A stretch of DNA of 32,000 nt from Candidatus Saccharimonadota bacterium. Lineage in GTDB: Bacteria > Pseudomonadota > Gammaproteobacteria > Enterobacterales > Enterobacteriaceae. The position numbers were made by a program, and so were the translations under genes. Positions 21,800 through 31,721 of this stretch are shown piece by piece. The DNA is taken from positions 420,001 through 452,000 of the forward strand of contig NC_014909.2 in NCBI RefSeq assembly GCF_000185985.2, read 5' to 3'. How positions within the stretch are numbered: the first letter of the stretch is position 1; every line of letters begins with the position of its first letter. Under the pieces are notes generated by a model, which saw nothing but the letters and a program-made list of their open reading frames with translations, did no database searches and was not told the origin of the DNA.

Positions 21800-22135
21800 T
21801 TTTTATATAATTATCATTATTATACTTTCATATGACTAATAATTAGTTATATATTAAAAAATATTTATTTTTAACCCTTAATTATGTAAAACAATTTTTA
21901 TATATTATTCTGATTGTTATACTTTAATGTTATAATAACGTAACATACTTATAAGAGTCTATCAAAATATATAATATATACTAGATTTTTAAGATATCTT
22001 ATTGTATTCTTTTTAATTAATTAATAAGTAAATAACGGATACCTTAAGGGGCCGTATTTTAAAAGATATACATATGCTCTTTATATGACATATATATAAT
22101 TCTTAGTTTGTTTATGTGTAAATGGGAATTATTAA

Positions 22136-22777
22136 ATGCAATATATTATTCATTCGAATATAATTTTTGATACTACAGAATATATATTAAAATCATTACA
22201 CAATGACAACAATTTAATAAAATTATCTAATTCTTCTGGCCGAATTTTAGAAGAACTGATCAAACATCGTCATACCGGATCCCCAGTTACTCGAGAACAC
22301 TTATTTACAGTAGTGTGGAAATCCTACGGGTTAGAACCATCTCATGGAAACTTAAATCAACAAATTAGTTTAATAAGAAAAAATTTAGCCATTTTTGGAG
22401 TAGATTCATCTTCTATTCTAACTATTCCTAAACGAGGATTAAAATTAAATAATCAACTAACAATAAAACAAATAGAAAATGATCCCGAAAATAATTATAT
22501 TTCCCCGAATCAATATGCTCATGATTCTACCAAATCCAACATTGACAAAAACGACAATATTACATCACGTAACTCTAATCCGTTTCATACTCAAACCTAT
22601 ATAAAATACATTATTACCTTAATAATTACACTATTTTTTGTATTTACCATAGGTTTTATATATCTATACAATAAAACCAACAGTATCAAATTATACTGTT
22701 GTAAAGAAATCAATTCATGTAATATCTGTACTTTTCCTATTATATCAGAATTCGAGTTTCAAAACAATGAAACATAA
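22136..22777 (+). CDS. ToxR/CadC-like membrane-anchored transcriptional regulator: OmpR/PhoB-type winged-helix domain, one TM helix and a short Cys-rich periplasmic tail
   Basis: aa ~25-105 (LIKLSNSSGRILEELIKHRHTGSPVTREHLFTVVWKSYGLEPSHGNLNQQISLIRKNLAIFG...ILTIPKRGLKL) align with the CadC/ToxR DNA-binding domain (..LEPRLIDLLVFFAQHSGEVLSRDELIDNVWK....VVTQSISELRKSL...IATVPKRGYKL). There is a single hydrophobic helix, YIKYIITLIITLFFVFTIGFIYLY (nt ~22598-22669). The tail is 35 aa: NKTNSIKLYCCKEINSCNICTFPIISEFEFQNNET. GGGAA lies 8 nt upstream of the ATG. Confidence 0.75.
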   Translation: MQYIIHSNIIFDTTEYILKSLHNDNNLIKLSNSSGRILEELIKHRHTGSPVTREHLFTVVWKSYGLEPSHGNLNQQISLIRKNLAIFGVDSSSILTIPKRGLKLNNQLTIKQIENDPENNYISPNQYAHDSTKSNIDKNDNITSRNSNPFHTQTYIKYIITLIITLFFVFTIGFIYLYNKTNSIKLYCCKEINSCNICTFPIISEFEFQNNET

Positions 22778-23024
22778 TATCTTAAAACTATTTAAGTATA
22801 AATTAAAAATATAAAAACTATTATAATGCTACTCTGTATATAAAAACACGTATCATTTATATACATAAATCATTATTTCTCATACATATAAAGACAATTT
22901 TTTCTAATTTACTAAAATTATTATCATGGTGATTAATTAATAAATAACTTCATTAAATTATCTTCTATATACTTAATAGAAATTAATTTAAATATTCACT
23001 TGCATCACAATATTGTTCTATACA

Positions 23025-23705
23025 TCAATGTTTAGCATAATTTTTATTATTTAACATATACACAGAATTCACTTTAAATAAATAACGATACGCTTGAACA
23101 GAAGGATGATGATATTGAATATACTGGCAAAATTGTTTTGAATTAAGTTTATTAATTTTTTTTATAGCTTGGGTATGATCTAACGTAGAAAAAATTTTTA
23201 ACAATGCCCCCAGTCCATTCACATACGCCACTATCATAGCATATCGTCTAGTTTTCAAATTCATTATATCTGCTAGCTGGTTTTGTAATATATATAAATA
23301 AGCAGTACCTAATTCAATATTAGTGACTGCATTTTTTAATTCTGCAACACTAGGCTGTCCAAGCCGTCCTTTCAACCGATAAATATCTTTACCAGCAGTA
23401 TCTGCCTTTATTTGCATTAACCCAACAGCATTAGATTTACTAACTACGTTTGGATTATAATTAGATTCTACTTGAATAATAGATTTTATTAATAACGCAT
23501 CTACACCATATAATTTAGAGTAATAATTTATATGTTTATCATATGTTTCTGATAAACTAATTTGTTTTTTTGAATTAGAATAATTGTTTGTTTGTTGTTT
23601 TAAAAAACATAATGTTTCTTGATTGTTGTTCAAACGAGGTGAAATCATTATGCATCCCGGTATTATTATTATTAAAAAAATAATATATACTAAATAAAAT
23701 TTCAT
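23025..23705 (-). CDS. mltE: Endo-type membrane-bound lytic murein transglycosylase (MltE/EmtA-like lipoprotein)
   Basis: SLT catalytic region YGVDALLIKSIIQVESNYNPNVVSKSNAVGLMQIKADTAGKDIY compares with E. coli MltE [44 protein letters not shown]. Also ..VAYVNGLGALLKIFS.. and ..HHPSVQAYRYLFKV... The N-terminus is lipobox-like (IIIPGC). Confidence 0.9.
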   Translation of the reverse strand: MKFYLVYIIFLIIIIPGCIMISPRLNNNQETLCFLKQQTNNYSNSKKQISLSETYDKHINYYSKLYGVDALLIKSIIQVESNYNPNVVSKSNAVGLMQIKADTAGKDIYRLKGRLGQPSVAELKNAVTNIELGTAYLYILQNQLADIMNLKTRRYAMIVAYVNGLGALLKIFSTLDHTQAIKKINKLNSKQFCQYIQYHHPSVQAYRYLFKVNSVYMLNNKNYAKH

Positions 23706-24455
23706 TTAAATATTTGAATTAAAAATAATATTTTTCTATACTTACAATTGAAATTAAGATTATATTACGTATCATTATTAAAAAATAAATAACTTAACGA
23801 TCATTTTAAAATAAATATGTATTTCAATACAATTGAATATATATACTTCTCATGCATCAAACTAATATCAATAAATTTAATTCAATAATTTATTAAAAAT
23901 TTTCTATTTGTAGAAACGATTCAATGAGTATTAATCAATTAAGTAAAACATAACTATTATAGCCTATTCATAACTCATCTAATTTTTCATAACACATGAT
24001 ACAACTATTCACTAGAATAATGATATTATATCATTAATTTTTCGCATAACTTTAACTAATTAAATAGCCTTGTCATGTTTTTATAACACAAAATATTTAA
24101 AATAATATAAATACAAATTATGTAAAGAACATATAAACATTACGTCATAACCAATCATATCTATCATAATTATTTATACATATATATAAATTGATAATAA
24201 AATAACTTATAAATATAATATTTTATTATAAATATACAAATATATACATGTTAATATGTATTAATAAAACAATTTATTATATTATTATGTAAATATCTAA
24301 AATATTTACATTGTAAACAGAAAATTAATTTAAAAAAATAAATATATGTTACAGTACTTACTTAAAATAATTTAAAATATTTTATTTTTTATATGTGAGT
24401 TATTTAATAAAAATATTACAATTATGATTATATATACAATATTCCATATTAATTC

Positions 24456-25556
24456 ATGAAAAAAGTTATTGTAGGCATATCTGGAGGTGTAGATTCATCA
24501 GTGTCAGCGTGGTTATTAAAAAAAAGAGGATACAAAGTTGAAGGACTGTTTATGAAAAATTGGGAAAATGATGATACTCAAGAATTTTGTGCTTCAAAAT
24601 CTGATTTGATAGACGCATGTTCTGTTTGTAATACTCTTAAAATACCTCTACACACCGTCAATTTTTCACGAGAATATTGGAACAATGTTTTTAAAGTATT
24701 TTTAAAATTATATAATATTGGACTAACACCTAATCCTGACATTTTATGTAACAAAGAAATTAAATTTAAATATTTTTTAGAATTTGCTATTGAAGATTTA
24801 GGAGCAGATTTTATAGCTACAGGACATTACGTACGGCGCATAAATTTTAACAATAAAATTAGTCTCATACGGGGAATTGATCTTAATAAAGATCAAAGTT
24901 ATTTTTTATATACATTGAATCAGCAACAACTCAAACATTGTTTATTTCCTATAGGAAATTTTACTAAATTAAAAGTACGAAGTATTGCTAAAAAGTTGAA
25001 TTTAATTACAGCAAATAAAAAAGATTCAATGGGAATCTGTTTTATTGGAAAACGTAACTTTAAAAAATTTCTTAGCAATTACATACCAATACAACCAGGT
25101 CCAATAGTTAATGTACATGGTTATAAAATTGGCACGCATCAAGGTGTCCCTTTTTATACAATAGGACAAAGAAAGGGATTAAATATAGGAGGAATAAAAA
25201 ATAGTAACGGAAAACCATGGTATGTAGTAGATAAAAAAATTGAAAATAATTCACTAATTGTAGCCCAAGGGATTAATCATCCATGCCTGATGTCTAATCA
25301 ATTTGTTGTTCAACAAATATTTTGGATTGAAGAATGTATATTAACATCACCTTTACAATGTTCCGTCAAAACCCGATATCGACAACCAGACTCTAAATGT
25401 TATATATTTCCTATATCAAAAAATAACTTAAGAATCATTTTAAAATATCCCATAACAGCAATTACTCCCGGGCAATCAGCTGTTTTTTATTTAAACGAGC
25501 GTTGTTTAGGAGGGGGAATAATTACAAAACACTTTCCATTAATGAGCACACAATAA
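24456..25556 (+). CDS. mnmA: tRNA-specific 2-thiouridylase MnmA
   Basis: PP-loop [41 protein letters not shown] and ATGHY are canonical MnmA motifs. Confidence 0.96.
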   Translation: MKKVIVGISGGVDSSVSAWLLKKRGYKVEGLFMKNWENDDTQEFCASKSDLIDACSVCNTLKIPLHTVNFSREYWNNVFKVFLKLYNIGLTPNPDILCNKEIKFKYFLEFAIEDLGADFIATGHYVRRINFNNKISLIRGIDLNKDQSYFLYTLNQQQLKHCLFPIGNFTKLKVRSIAKKLNLITANKKDSMGICFIGKRNFKKFLSNYIPIQPGPIVNVHGYKIGTHQGVPFYTIGQRKGLNIGGIKNSNGKPWYVVDKKIENNSLIVAQGINHPCLMSNQFVVQQIFWIEECILTSPLQCSVKTRYRQPDSKCYIFPISKNNLRIILKYPITAITPGQSAVFYLNERCLGGGIITKHFPLMSTQ

Positions 25557-25738
25557 ATTAAAATTAATTTTTTAACTATTATCTAAATAGTACTATGTTA
25601 TTAAACATAGAGATTTTTTATCTTTTTAGAAAAATTTTTAGATTAAAAATATGTTTTTAAGTATATTACCACAAAATAATCGTATAAAAATAAAATAAAT
25701 ATTTTATGAAATCATAAAATCAACTAAAAGGTACATAT

Positions 25739-27130
25739 GTGATCAAATACTCTCCTTTAACTGCAATATCTCCGATCGACGGACGTTATCATAATTATAC
25801 CCACTCATTAAGAAATATTTTCAGCGAATTTGGTTTTCTAAAATTTCGAGTACAAATTGAAATTTGTTGGTTGAAAAAAATATCCAATACACAAGAAATC
25901 ACGGAAGTTCCTATATTTACTGAAACTGAACATAATTTTCTTAACAACTTAGTCGATGACTTTAGCATAAAAGATGCAAAATACATAAAAAAAATAGAAC
26001 GCGTAACAAACCACGATGTCAAAGCTATAGAATATTTCCTAAAAGAAAAAATTAACGTAGTTCCTAGTTTAAAAAAGAAGATAAATGAATTCATTCATTT
26101 TGCTTGCACATCAGAAGATATTAATAACCTTGCATATGGATTAATGTTAATTCATACTAAAAACATAATTATATTACCGATATGGAGAAAAATTATTAAT
26201 TCAATTAAACAGTTAAGTATAAATTACAAAGAGATTCCAATACTTTCTAGAACCCACGGACAACCAGCTAGTCCATCTACTATGGGAAAAGAAATGGCTA
26301 ATGTTGCATATAGATTAATTCGACAATTTCATCATTTACAATTAATTAAAATTTTAGGTAAAATAAATGGAGCAGTTGGAAATTATAATGCTCATATTAT
26401 AGCATATCCACGTATAAACTGGAGAAAATTCGATGAAGAATTTGTTACGTCTTTAGGGATATCGTGGAATCCATATACAACTCAAATAGAACCACATGAC
26501 TATATAGCTGAAATATCCGATTGCATTGCTCGATTCAATACTATTTTAATAAATTTTAATCAAAATATATGGGGATATATTTCTTTAAATTATTTTACGC
26601 AAAAACATGAAAGTTATGAAATTGGCTCATCTACTATGCCTCATAAAATTAACCCTATAAATTTTGAAAATTCTGAGGGAAATTTAGGATTATCAAATGC
26701 TATTTTGAAGCATTTTTCTGAAAAATTACCAATATCTCGTTGGCAAAGAGATTTAAGTGATTCTACTGTTTTAAGAAATTTAGGAGTAGCTATAGGATAC
26801 TCTTTAATTTCTTATTATAATACCTTACAAGGAATAGACAAATTAATAATTAATGAAAAATATTTATCACAAGATTTAAATAAAAATTGGATGATATTAG
26901 GCGAAGCATTACAAACAGTAATGAAACGATACAATATCCATAATGCATATGAACGCACAAAAGATTTCATGTTTAATTATAGTAACAATATTAATGCAAA
27001 TTCAATAAAATCATTTATTGATTCATTACCGTTACCAACAATAGAAAAAAATAGGCTTAAAAAAATTACCCCATCTGATTACATTGGATTAGCATCTATT
27101 TTAGCATCAGATATAGAAAAAATAAAATAA
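25739..27130 (+). CDS. purB: Adenylosuccinate lyase
   Basis: SPLTAISPIDGRY compares with E. coli SSLTAVSPVDGRY. The fumarate-lyase signature GSSTMPHKINP is present. GTG start at 25739: the nearby ATG at 25737 is out of frame and immediately followed by TGA. AAAGG lies upstream. Confidence 0.96.
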   Translation: MIKYSPLTAISPIDGRYHNYTHSLRNIFSEFGFLKFRVQIEICWLKKISNTQEITEVPIFTETEHNFLNNLVDDFSIKDAKYIKKIERVTNHDVKAIEYFLKEKINVVPSLKKKINEFIHFACTSEDINNLAYGLMLIHTKNIIILPIWRKIINSIKQLSINYKEIPILSRTHGQPASPSTMGKEMANVAYRLIRQFHHLQLIKILGKINGAVGNYNAHIIAYPRINWRKFDEEFVTSLGISWNPYTTQIEPHDYIAEISDCIARFNTILINFNQNIWGYISLNYFTQKHESYEIGSSTMPHKINPINFENSEGNLGLSNAILKHFSEKLPISRWQRDLSDSTVLRNLGVAIGYSLISYYNTLQGIDKLIINEKYLSQDLNKNWMILGEALQTVMKRYNIHNAYERTKDFMFNYSNNINANSIKSFIDSLPLPTIEKNRLKKITPSDYIGLASILASDIEKIK

Positions 27131-27207
27131 AAATCAGCACTTACTTATGTTTTAATTTATACACATGCACATACATTATGTGTGTGTAATAACGATGATT
27201 AATTATG

Positions 27208-27232
27208 TCCCTTCTTAAAAAAAATGAAGGGA
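27208..27232. terminator. Candidate bidirectional terminator hairpin between convergent purB and lolE
   Basis: TCCCTTC (27208-27214) pairs with GAAGGGA (27226-27232) around an A-rich 11-nt loop. It is the most GC-rich stem in a 148-bp AT-rich convergent spacer. The flanking T-runs are weak. Confidence 0.4.
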
Positions 27233-27278
27233 GTTTAATCTACCACTGTAACACAGCTCAATAAAATATAATGGTAAT

Positions 27279-28523
27279 TTATCTTAATATTCGAAACAAA
27301 TTAATCTTTCGTACTTTTAATGATCCATACCAACTAATTAGAAAACCTAATAATAACACTACAATCAATAACAAATATATATCTAAGATATGCACTTGAA
27401 CTGGTAAAAAATCAATAAAATATACTGATTTAGCATCAAAATTAATTTTAAATAAATTAATATATCTAGCGCCAAAATTTTTTAAGATTAAAGAAACCAA
27501 TACTCCTAACCCAACACCAATTACACTAGAGACACAATAAATAAGAAATCCATACCATAAAAATATACGTTGAATTAATATAGCCTGAGCACCGATTGCT
27601 CTTAATACAGCGATATCATAATTTTTATGTTTTGTTAATAAAATTAACACTGTGATTACACTAAAACATGAAACCCCTATAATTAAAATTACAGATAAGT
27701 ATATAATTATACGAACTATTTGAATATCATGATAAATATATCCATACATATCTATCCAACTGCTTATTTTAATATTTTTATTAATCATAAATTTCATATT
27801 TTTAATTATTTTTTTTATATGAAAAACATTATTTACTGAAAATTCTATCCCGTCCACACCTAATCTATTATTGTAATAATTTTGAGCATCTAACAAAGAT
27901 ATAATGGCAAGGCTATTATCCAAATAGCTATGTAATTTTAATATTCCAGAAACTTGTAAGGATACTTGTTTAGTTAAGGCTAACCTATTATCTAAATTAA
28001 AATTATTAACTAAAAAAACAGTAATCCAATCACCTTCTTTAATATTTAAAGCTATTGATACTCCTTCCCCCAAAATAATTTGATTTTTATTTTCACAAAA
28101 ACGCTTCCAAGAATCTTTTTCTATAAAATTAGTTAATACATGATCATATATATTTACATTATTTAACAAATTTACACTTTTTATATAAACCAAGTGCCAT
28201 TTATTATGAAATTTAATAATACTAGAAAAATGAATATAAGGACTAGCATTAATAACCTGAGGGATTTTTATTACATATGTTAGTATTTCTTTCCAATTAA
28301 TTAATGGAATATTATTAACTGTAGTAATTTCTCCGTGTGGCACTATTGACAAAATACGCTTACTTAATTCATATTCAAAACCGTTTATTATACTGAAAAT
28401 AATTATAGATACAGCAATACCAACACCTATTACAATAACAGAAACCAAAGATATCAAAGAAGCCAAAATATTTCGTTTACCCCCTTGATAAAATCGTAAT
28501 GCAATCCTTAAAGATAAAAACAT
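27279..28523 (-). CDS. lolE: Lipoprotein-releasing system transmembrane subunit LolE
   Basis: MacB/FtsX-type permease topology: TM1, a large periplasmic domain, and three C-terminal TM helices. N-terminus ALRFYQGGKRN. 414 aa. Located downstream of lolD, as in the E. coli lolCDE operon. Confidence 0.9.
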   Translation of the reverse strand: MFLSLRIALRFYQGGKRNILASLISLVSVIVIGVGIAVSIIIFSIINGFEYELSKRILSIVPHGEITTVNNIPLINWKEILTYVIKIPQVINASPYIHFSSIIKFHNKWHLVYIKSVNLLNNVNIYDHVLTNFIEKDSWKRFCENKNQIILGEGVSIALNIKEGDWITVFLVNNFNLDNRLALTKQVSLQVSGILKLHSYLDNSLAIISLLDAQNYYNNRLGVDGIEFSVNNVFHIKKIIKNMKFMINKNIKISSWIDMYGYIYHDIQIVRIIIYLSVILIIGVSCFSVITVLILLTKHKNYDIAVLRAIGAQAILIQRIFLWYGFLIYCVSSVIGVGLGVLVSLILKNFGARYINLFKINFDAKSVYFIDFLPVQVHILDIYLLLIVVLLLGFLISWYGSLKVRKINLFRILR

Positions 28524-28540
28524 GATTTTAAAATATAATT

Positions 28541-29254
28541 CTAAAGATAATTATTTTGTATATTTTTCAATACTCCATTTGATAAAATAAAAATTTTATG
28601 GCACTTTCGAGCTAAATTTGGATCATGAGTTGCTATAACAAAAGTTGTATTATAACTTGAATTTATTTTTTTTAATAATTCAAAAAAATTATCTGAATTC
28701 TGTTCATCTAGATTTCCCGTTGGCTCATCTGCTAAAACTAAAGCAGGATTATTAATAATAGATCTAATAATTGCTATCCTTTGACTTTCTCCTCCAGATA
28801 ATTCATGAGGATGATGATTGCTTCGATCTTGCAATCCAATTAATTCTAATAAAATTTGAGCCTTTTTTTTTGCTATATTTAATTTCATTCCTCCAATTAA
28901 TAATGGCATTGCGACATTTTCTAAAACAGAAAAATCTGATAATAAATGATGAAACTGATATATAAACCCTATACGCTTATTTCGTATGAACGCGCAATTC
29001 TTATCAGATAATTTATTTAAAGCATATCCCTCAAAAAACACATCACCTGAATTTGGCTTATCTAAACCTCCCATTAAATGTAATAACGTGCTTTTTCCAG
29101 ATCCAGATGTTCCCATAATAGCAATAATCTCATTATATTGCACAGAAATAGTAATACAATTTAATACTTTTATTGAAAATTTAGGACATTCATAGTACTT
29201 TACTAATTGTATACAATTTAATAACACAGAATTAGTACGCTCTTTTTTAACCAT
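28541..29254 (-). CDS. lolD: Lipoprotein-releasing system ATP-binding protein LolD
   Basis: Walker [11 protein letters not shown]-loop, signature [11 protein letters not shown] and Walker [13 protein letters not shown]. Its ATG overlaps the lolC stop by 8 nt (ATGGTTAA, 29247-29254). Confidence 0.95.
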   Translation of the reverse strand: MVKKERTNSVLLNCIQLVKYYECPKFSIKVLNCITISVQYNEIIAIMGTSGSGKSTLLHLMGGLDKPNSGDVFFEGYALNKLSDKNCAFIRNKRIGFIYQFHHLLSDFSVLENVAMPLLIGGMKLNIAKKKAQILLELIGLQDRSNHHPHELSGGESQRIAIIRSIINNPALVLADEPTGNLDEQNSDNFFELLKKINSSYNTTFVIATHDPNLARKCHKIFILSNGVLKNIQNNYL

Positions 29255-30458
29255 GACGCAGTATCTGGATTGCTCGAATAGACGACATCCTCCAAGCAGG
29301 AAATAATATAATCAATAAATTTAATACACAAATTATTATGATTATACTGAATATTTGAATATATTGTATTTCTACAGGAAAATATATTTTTTCTGAAGAA
29401 ATATTAAAAAATAATAATATTTGATTTAATTTTATAGAAAATAATAATCCTAAACCAATGCCTAATACTATTCCAATAATACTATTACTCATACCTTGCA
29501 TGATAAACAATATTAAAACTTGACTGCGATTAAATCCACATGTTTTTAATATTGCTATTTCTTTTTGTTTTTCTACTATCGATAAAACTAAAAAAGCAAC
29601 AATATTACATCCAGATATAATGATTATTAAAATAAATAATAAAAACATTATACTTTTTTCCATTTTTATAGCTTGAAATAATGATCCTTTATATTCACGC
29701 CAATCTTTCCAAATCCAATCTTTAGGAATATCTAAATAATCAAATTTATTAAGTTTAAAAGGTTCATGTACCCATATTCTCCAACCCGTGACGCACCGAT
29801 CAGGATAATGTAATAAAACCGCAGCATCGTCTTTATGCATTAATACCTGATTCGTATCAAACCCTCCGTTATTAGAAAAATAAATATCTGATATTGTAAA
29901 CAGTCGTTGACTAAAAAGACACCCAATAGGAGTAATTTGATTAACCGATGGAACAATAATACGAATTTGATCATTTATTTTTACTGATAATTTTTGAGCT
30001 AATTCTGATCCAATAATAATATTATACTCCCCTGATACTAACTTAGTTATATTATTATTTTGTTTTAAATATTTAGATAATGGCTCAAAATGGTTAGGAT
30101 CAATTCCTAATAGCATTCCTAAAGATATTTCTTTAAGGCCTTGCAATATAATATTAGAAATAACTAATGGTTTAAAATATGCTATGTTATCTGACATTTC
30201 GTGAAATAAAAAATTAGGAATATTGTTTACATGTGTATACCCTGAGGAAGAAGTAATTAAAATATGAGGGGTTAAATATAAAAGATTTTTTTTTAACTCA
30301 CTCTCAAATCCATTCATTACAGATAATATTATTATCATTACTGCTATACTAAGCATAATAAAAATGCTAGAAACCCAATAAATATATCGACTAAATTGAT
30401 TTATTGTTTTCCCAAAAATATACCGAAAAGCGATAAAACATACTACAGCAATATGCAT
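29247..30458 (-). CDS. lolC: Lipoprotein-releasing system transmembrane subunit LolC
   Basis: FtsX-type permease paralogous to the 27279-28523 product (AFRYIFGK.., C-terminal ..[16 protein letters not shown]). 403 aa. First gene of the lolCDE order. Confidence 0.9.
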   Translation of the reverse strand: MHIAVVCFIAFRYIFGKTINQFSRYIYWVSSIFIMLSIAVMIIILSVMNGFESELKKNLLYLTPHILITSSSGYTHVNNIPNFLFHEMSDNIAYFKPLVISNIILQGLKEISLGMLLGIDPNHFEPLSKYLKQNNNITKLVSGEYNIIIGSELAQKLSVKINDQIRIIVPSVNQITPIGCLFSQRLFTISDIYFSNNGGFDTNQVLMHKDDAAVLLHYPDRCVTGWRIWVHEPFKLNKFDYLDIPKDWIWKDWREYKGSLFQAIKMEKSIMFLLFILIIIISGCNIVAFLVLSIVEKQKEIAILKTCGFNRSQVLILFIMQGMSNSIIGIVLGIGLGLLFSIKLNQILLFFNISSEKIYFPVEIQYIQIFSIIIIICVLNLLIILFPAWRMSSIRAIQILRHG

Positions 30459-30603
30459 ACTATTTTACTAAAAAATATTTAATTTTGAAAATATTGATCC
30501 AATTTTATTAAATAACTCTTTAAATATTAAGCATACGTAATCTAAAAACTATACTGCATTATTATTTAGTAATATAAAAAAAATATAATCAACATATTTT
30601 ACA

Positions 30604-31179
30604 TTACAATGACATATCATCATTACTTTTTATATTATTAACAACACGTAAAATTTCCCCAGTATTAGATGATAGCAATTGTAATTCTACATTAAATCCT
30701 TGCATATCTCCATCATAGATATTACCATAAATTATATAATCAGCTTTTAAATAATTCGCTACTTTCACAGAAAATTCATAAGAATTAACAACATCTTCAT
30801 AGGAAACTTCTAATTCTCGATATATATGATACAATTTATTTAAACTTATAATAGTATACGTATCATTATTATTTTCCAAAATCAAATTAATCAAAATATT
30901 TGTAATATTGATTGTTTGTACCACCCTACTGCTATTGTTTTTAAAAATATTTATTAACACAGAACTATTATAATTAATATTATCCTTAAAAAAGGATACA
31001 TCCTGTAACATTTTATACAAAATAATTTTCCAATTAACTACTATCATACTCTCAATAACATCATGCAATTCAGAATTTACTGTTTTAATAATAACTGCAA
31101 TCGCTATATTATCAACAATACACATGCCAATATTAATAAAAAAAACTATACTAAAAACTAATCCAGTATTTTTTCTCAT
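30604..31179 (-). CDS. lpoB: LpoB-like penicillin-binding protein 1B activator (divergent; short N-terminal linker)
   Basis: Sits between lolC and hinT, as E. coli lpoB (ycfM) does. The C-terminal domain resembles E. coli LpoB: NWKIILYKML vs WNGAMQPMVSKML; VLINIFKNNSS vs VLLVDSVNNRTN; KADYIIYGNIYDG..FNVELQLLSSNTGEIL vs GAHYVLYSSASGN..LQMQLMLVQTGEII. The identification rests on remembered sequence and has not been searched. Confidence 0.65.
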   Translation of the reverse strand: MRKNTGLVFSIVFFINIGMCIVDNIAIAVIIKTVNSELHDVIESMIVVNWKIILYKMLQDVSFFKDNINYNSSVLINIFKNNSSRVVQTINITNILINLILENNNDTYTIISLNKLYHIYRELEVSYEDVVNSYEFSVKVANYLKADYIIYGNIYDGDMQGFNVELQLLSSNTGEILRVVNNIKSNDDMSL

Positions 31180-31304
31180 ATCTACAACATAATAATATAC
31201 TACTTATCAAAGGATAAAATCCTGTTACATTTTTAAACTAAAATCATTGCAATGTAATGAAAAATAATTTTAAAAAAATATATAAATTAATTAAAACGAT
31301 ATGA

Positions 31305-31661
31305 TTAATAATCTTGATGTAATAATGGACCAAGTAATTTACCTCCTAATAAATGCATATGTAAATGATAAATTTCTTGACCAGAATTTTTATTACAATT
31401 CACTATTAATCTATAACCTGAAATATTTATATTTTTTTTAGCTGCTATTTTTGATGCTACTAAAAACAATCTCCCCAAAGTTATTTCATGTTCAACTTTT
31501 ACATCATTTACGGTAGGAATTAATATATTCGGCACAATTAAAATATGAATAGGAGCTTTCGGATACAAATCATAAAATGCAGTAACTAAATCATCTTGAT
31601 ATACGAGATCAATTTTTACCTTTTTTTGAATAATATCTATGAATGGATTATTTTTTTTCAT
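31305..31661 (-). CDS. hinT: HIT-family purine nucleoside phosphoramidase HinT
   Basis: Histidine-triad motif HLHMHLLGG. The upstream AFYDLYPKAPIHILIVP is typical of HinT/YcfF. Syntenic with lpoB and ycfH. Confidence 0.9.
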   Translation of the reverse strand: MKKNNPFIDIIQKKVKIDLVYQDDLVTAFYDLYPKAPIHILIVPNILIPTVNDVKVEHEITLGRLFLVASKIAAKKNINISGYRLIVNCNKNSGQEIYHLHMHLLGGKLLGPLLHQDY

Positions 31662-31721
31662 TAATTTCCTTTAAATAACAAACATTATTACACAACAACA
31701 ACTTACTATATAATTAATACA

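Noticed and set aside
21806-21824. Fur-box-like sequence TATAATTATCATTATTATA upstream of the TonB-dependent receptor gene, matching 14 of 19 positions of the GATAATGATAATCATTATC consensus.
   Set aside because: The consensus is itself AT-rich, and 4 of the 5 mismatches fall on its G/C positions. My rough estimate is that about one such match is expected by chance in this spacer at this composition. It also sits only 18-36 nt from the start codon. It is worth testing only if fur is present in the genome.
27161-27183. CA/TG-rich imperfect hairpin ACACAT...ATGTGT just after purB.
   Set aside because: It has only a 6-bp A/T-rich stem with a 11-nt loop. The neighbouring TCCCTTC/GAAGGGA hairpin is a better terminator candidate.
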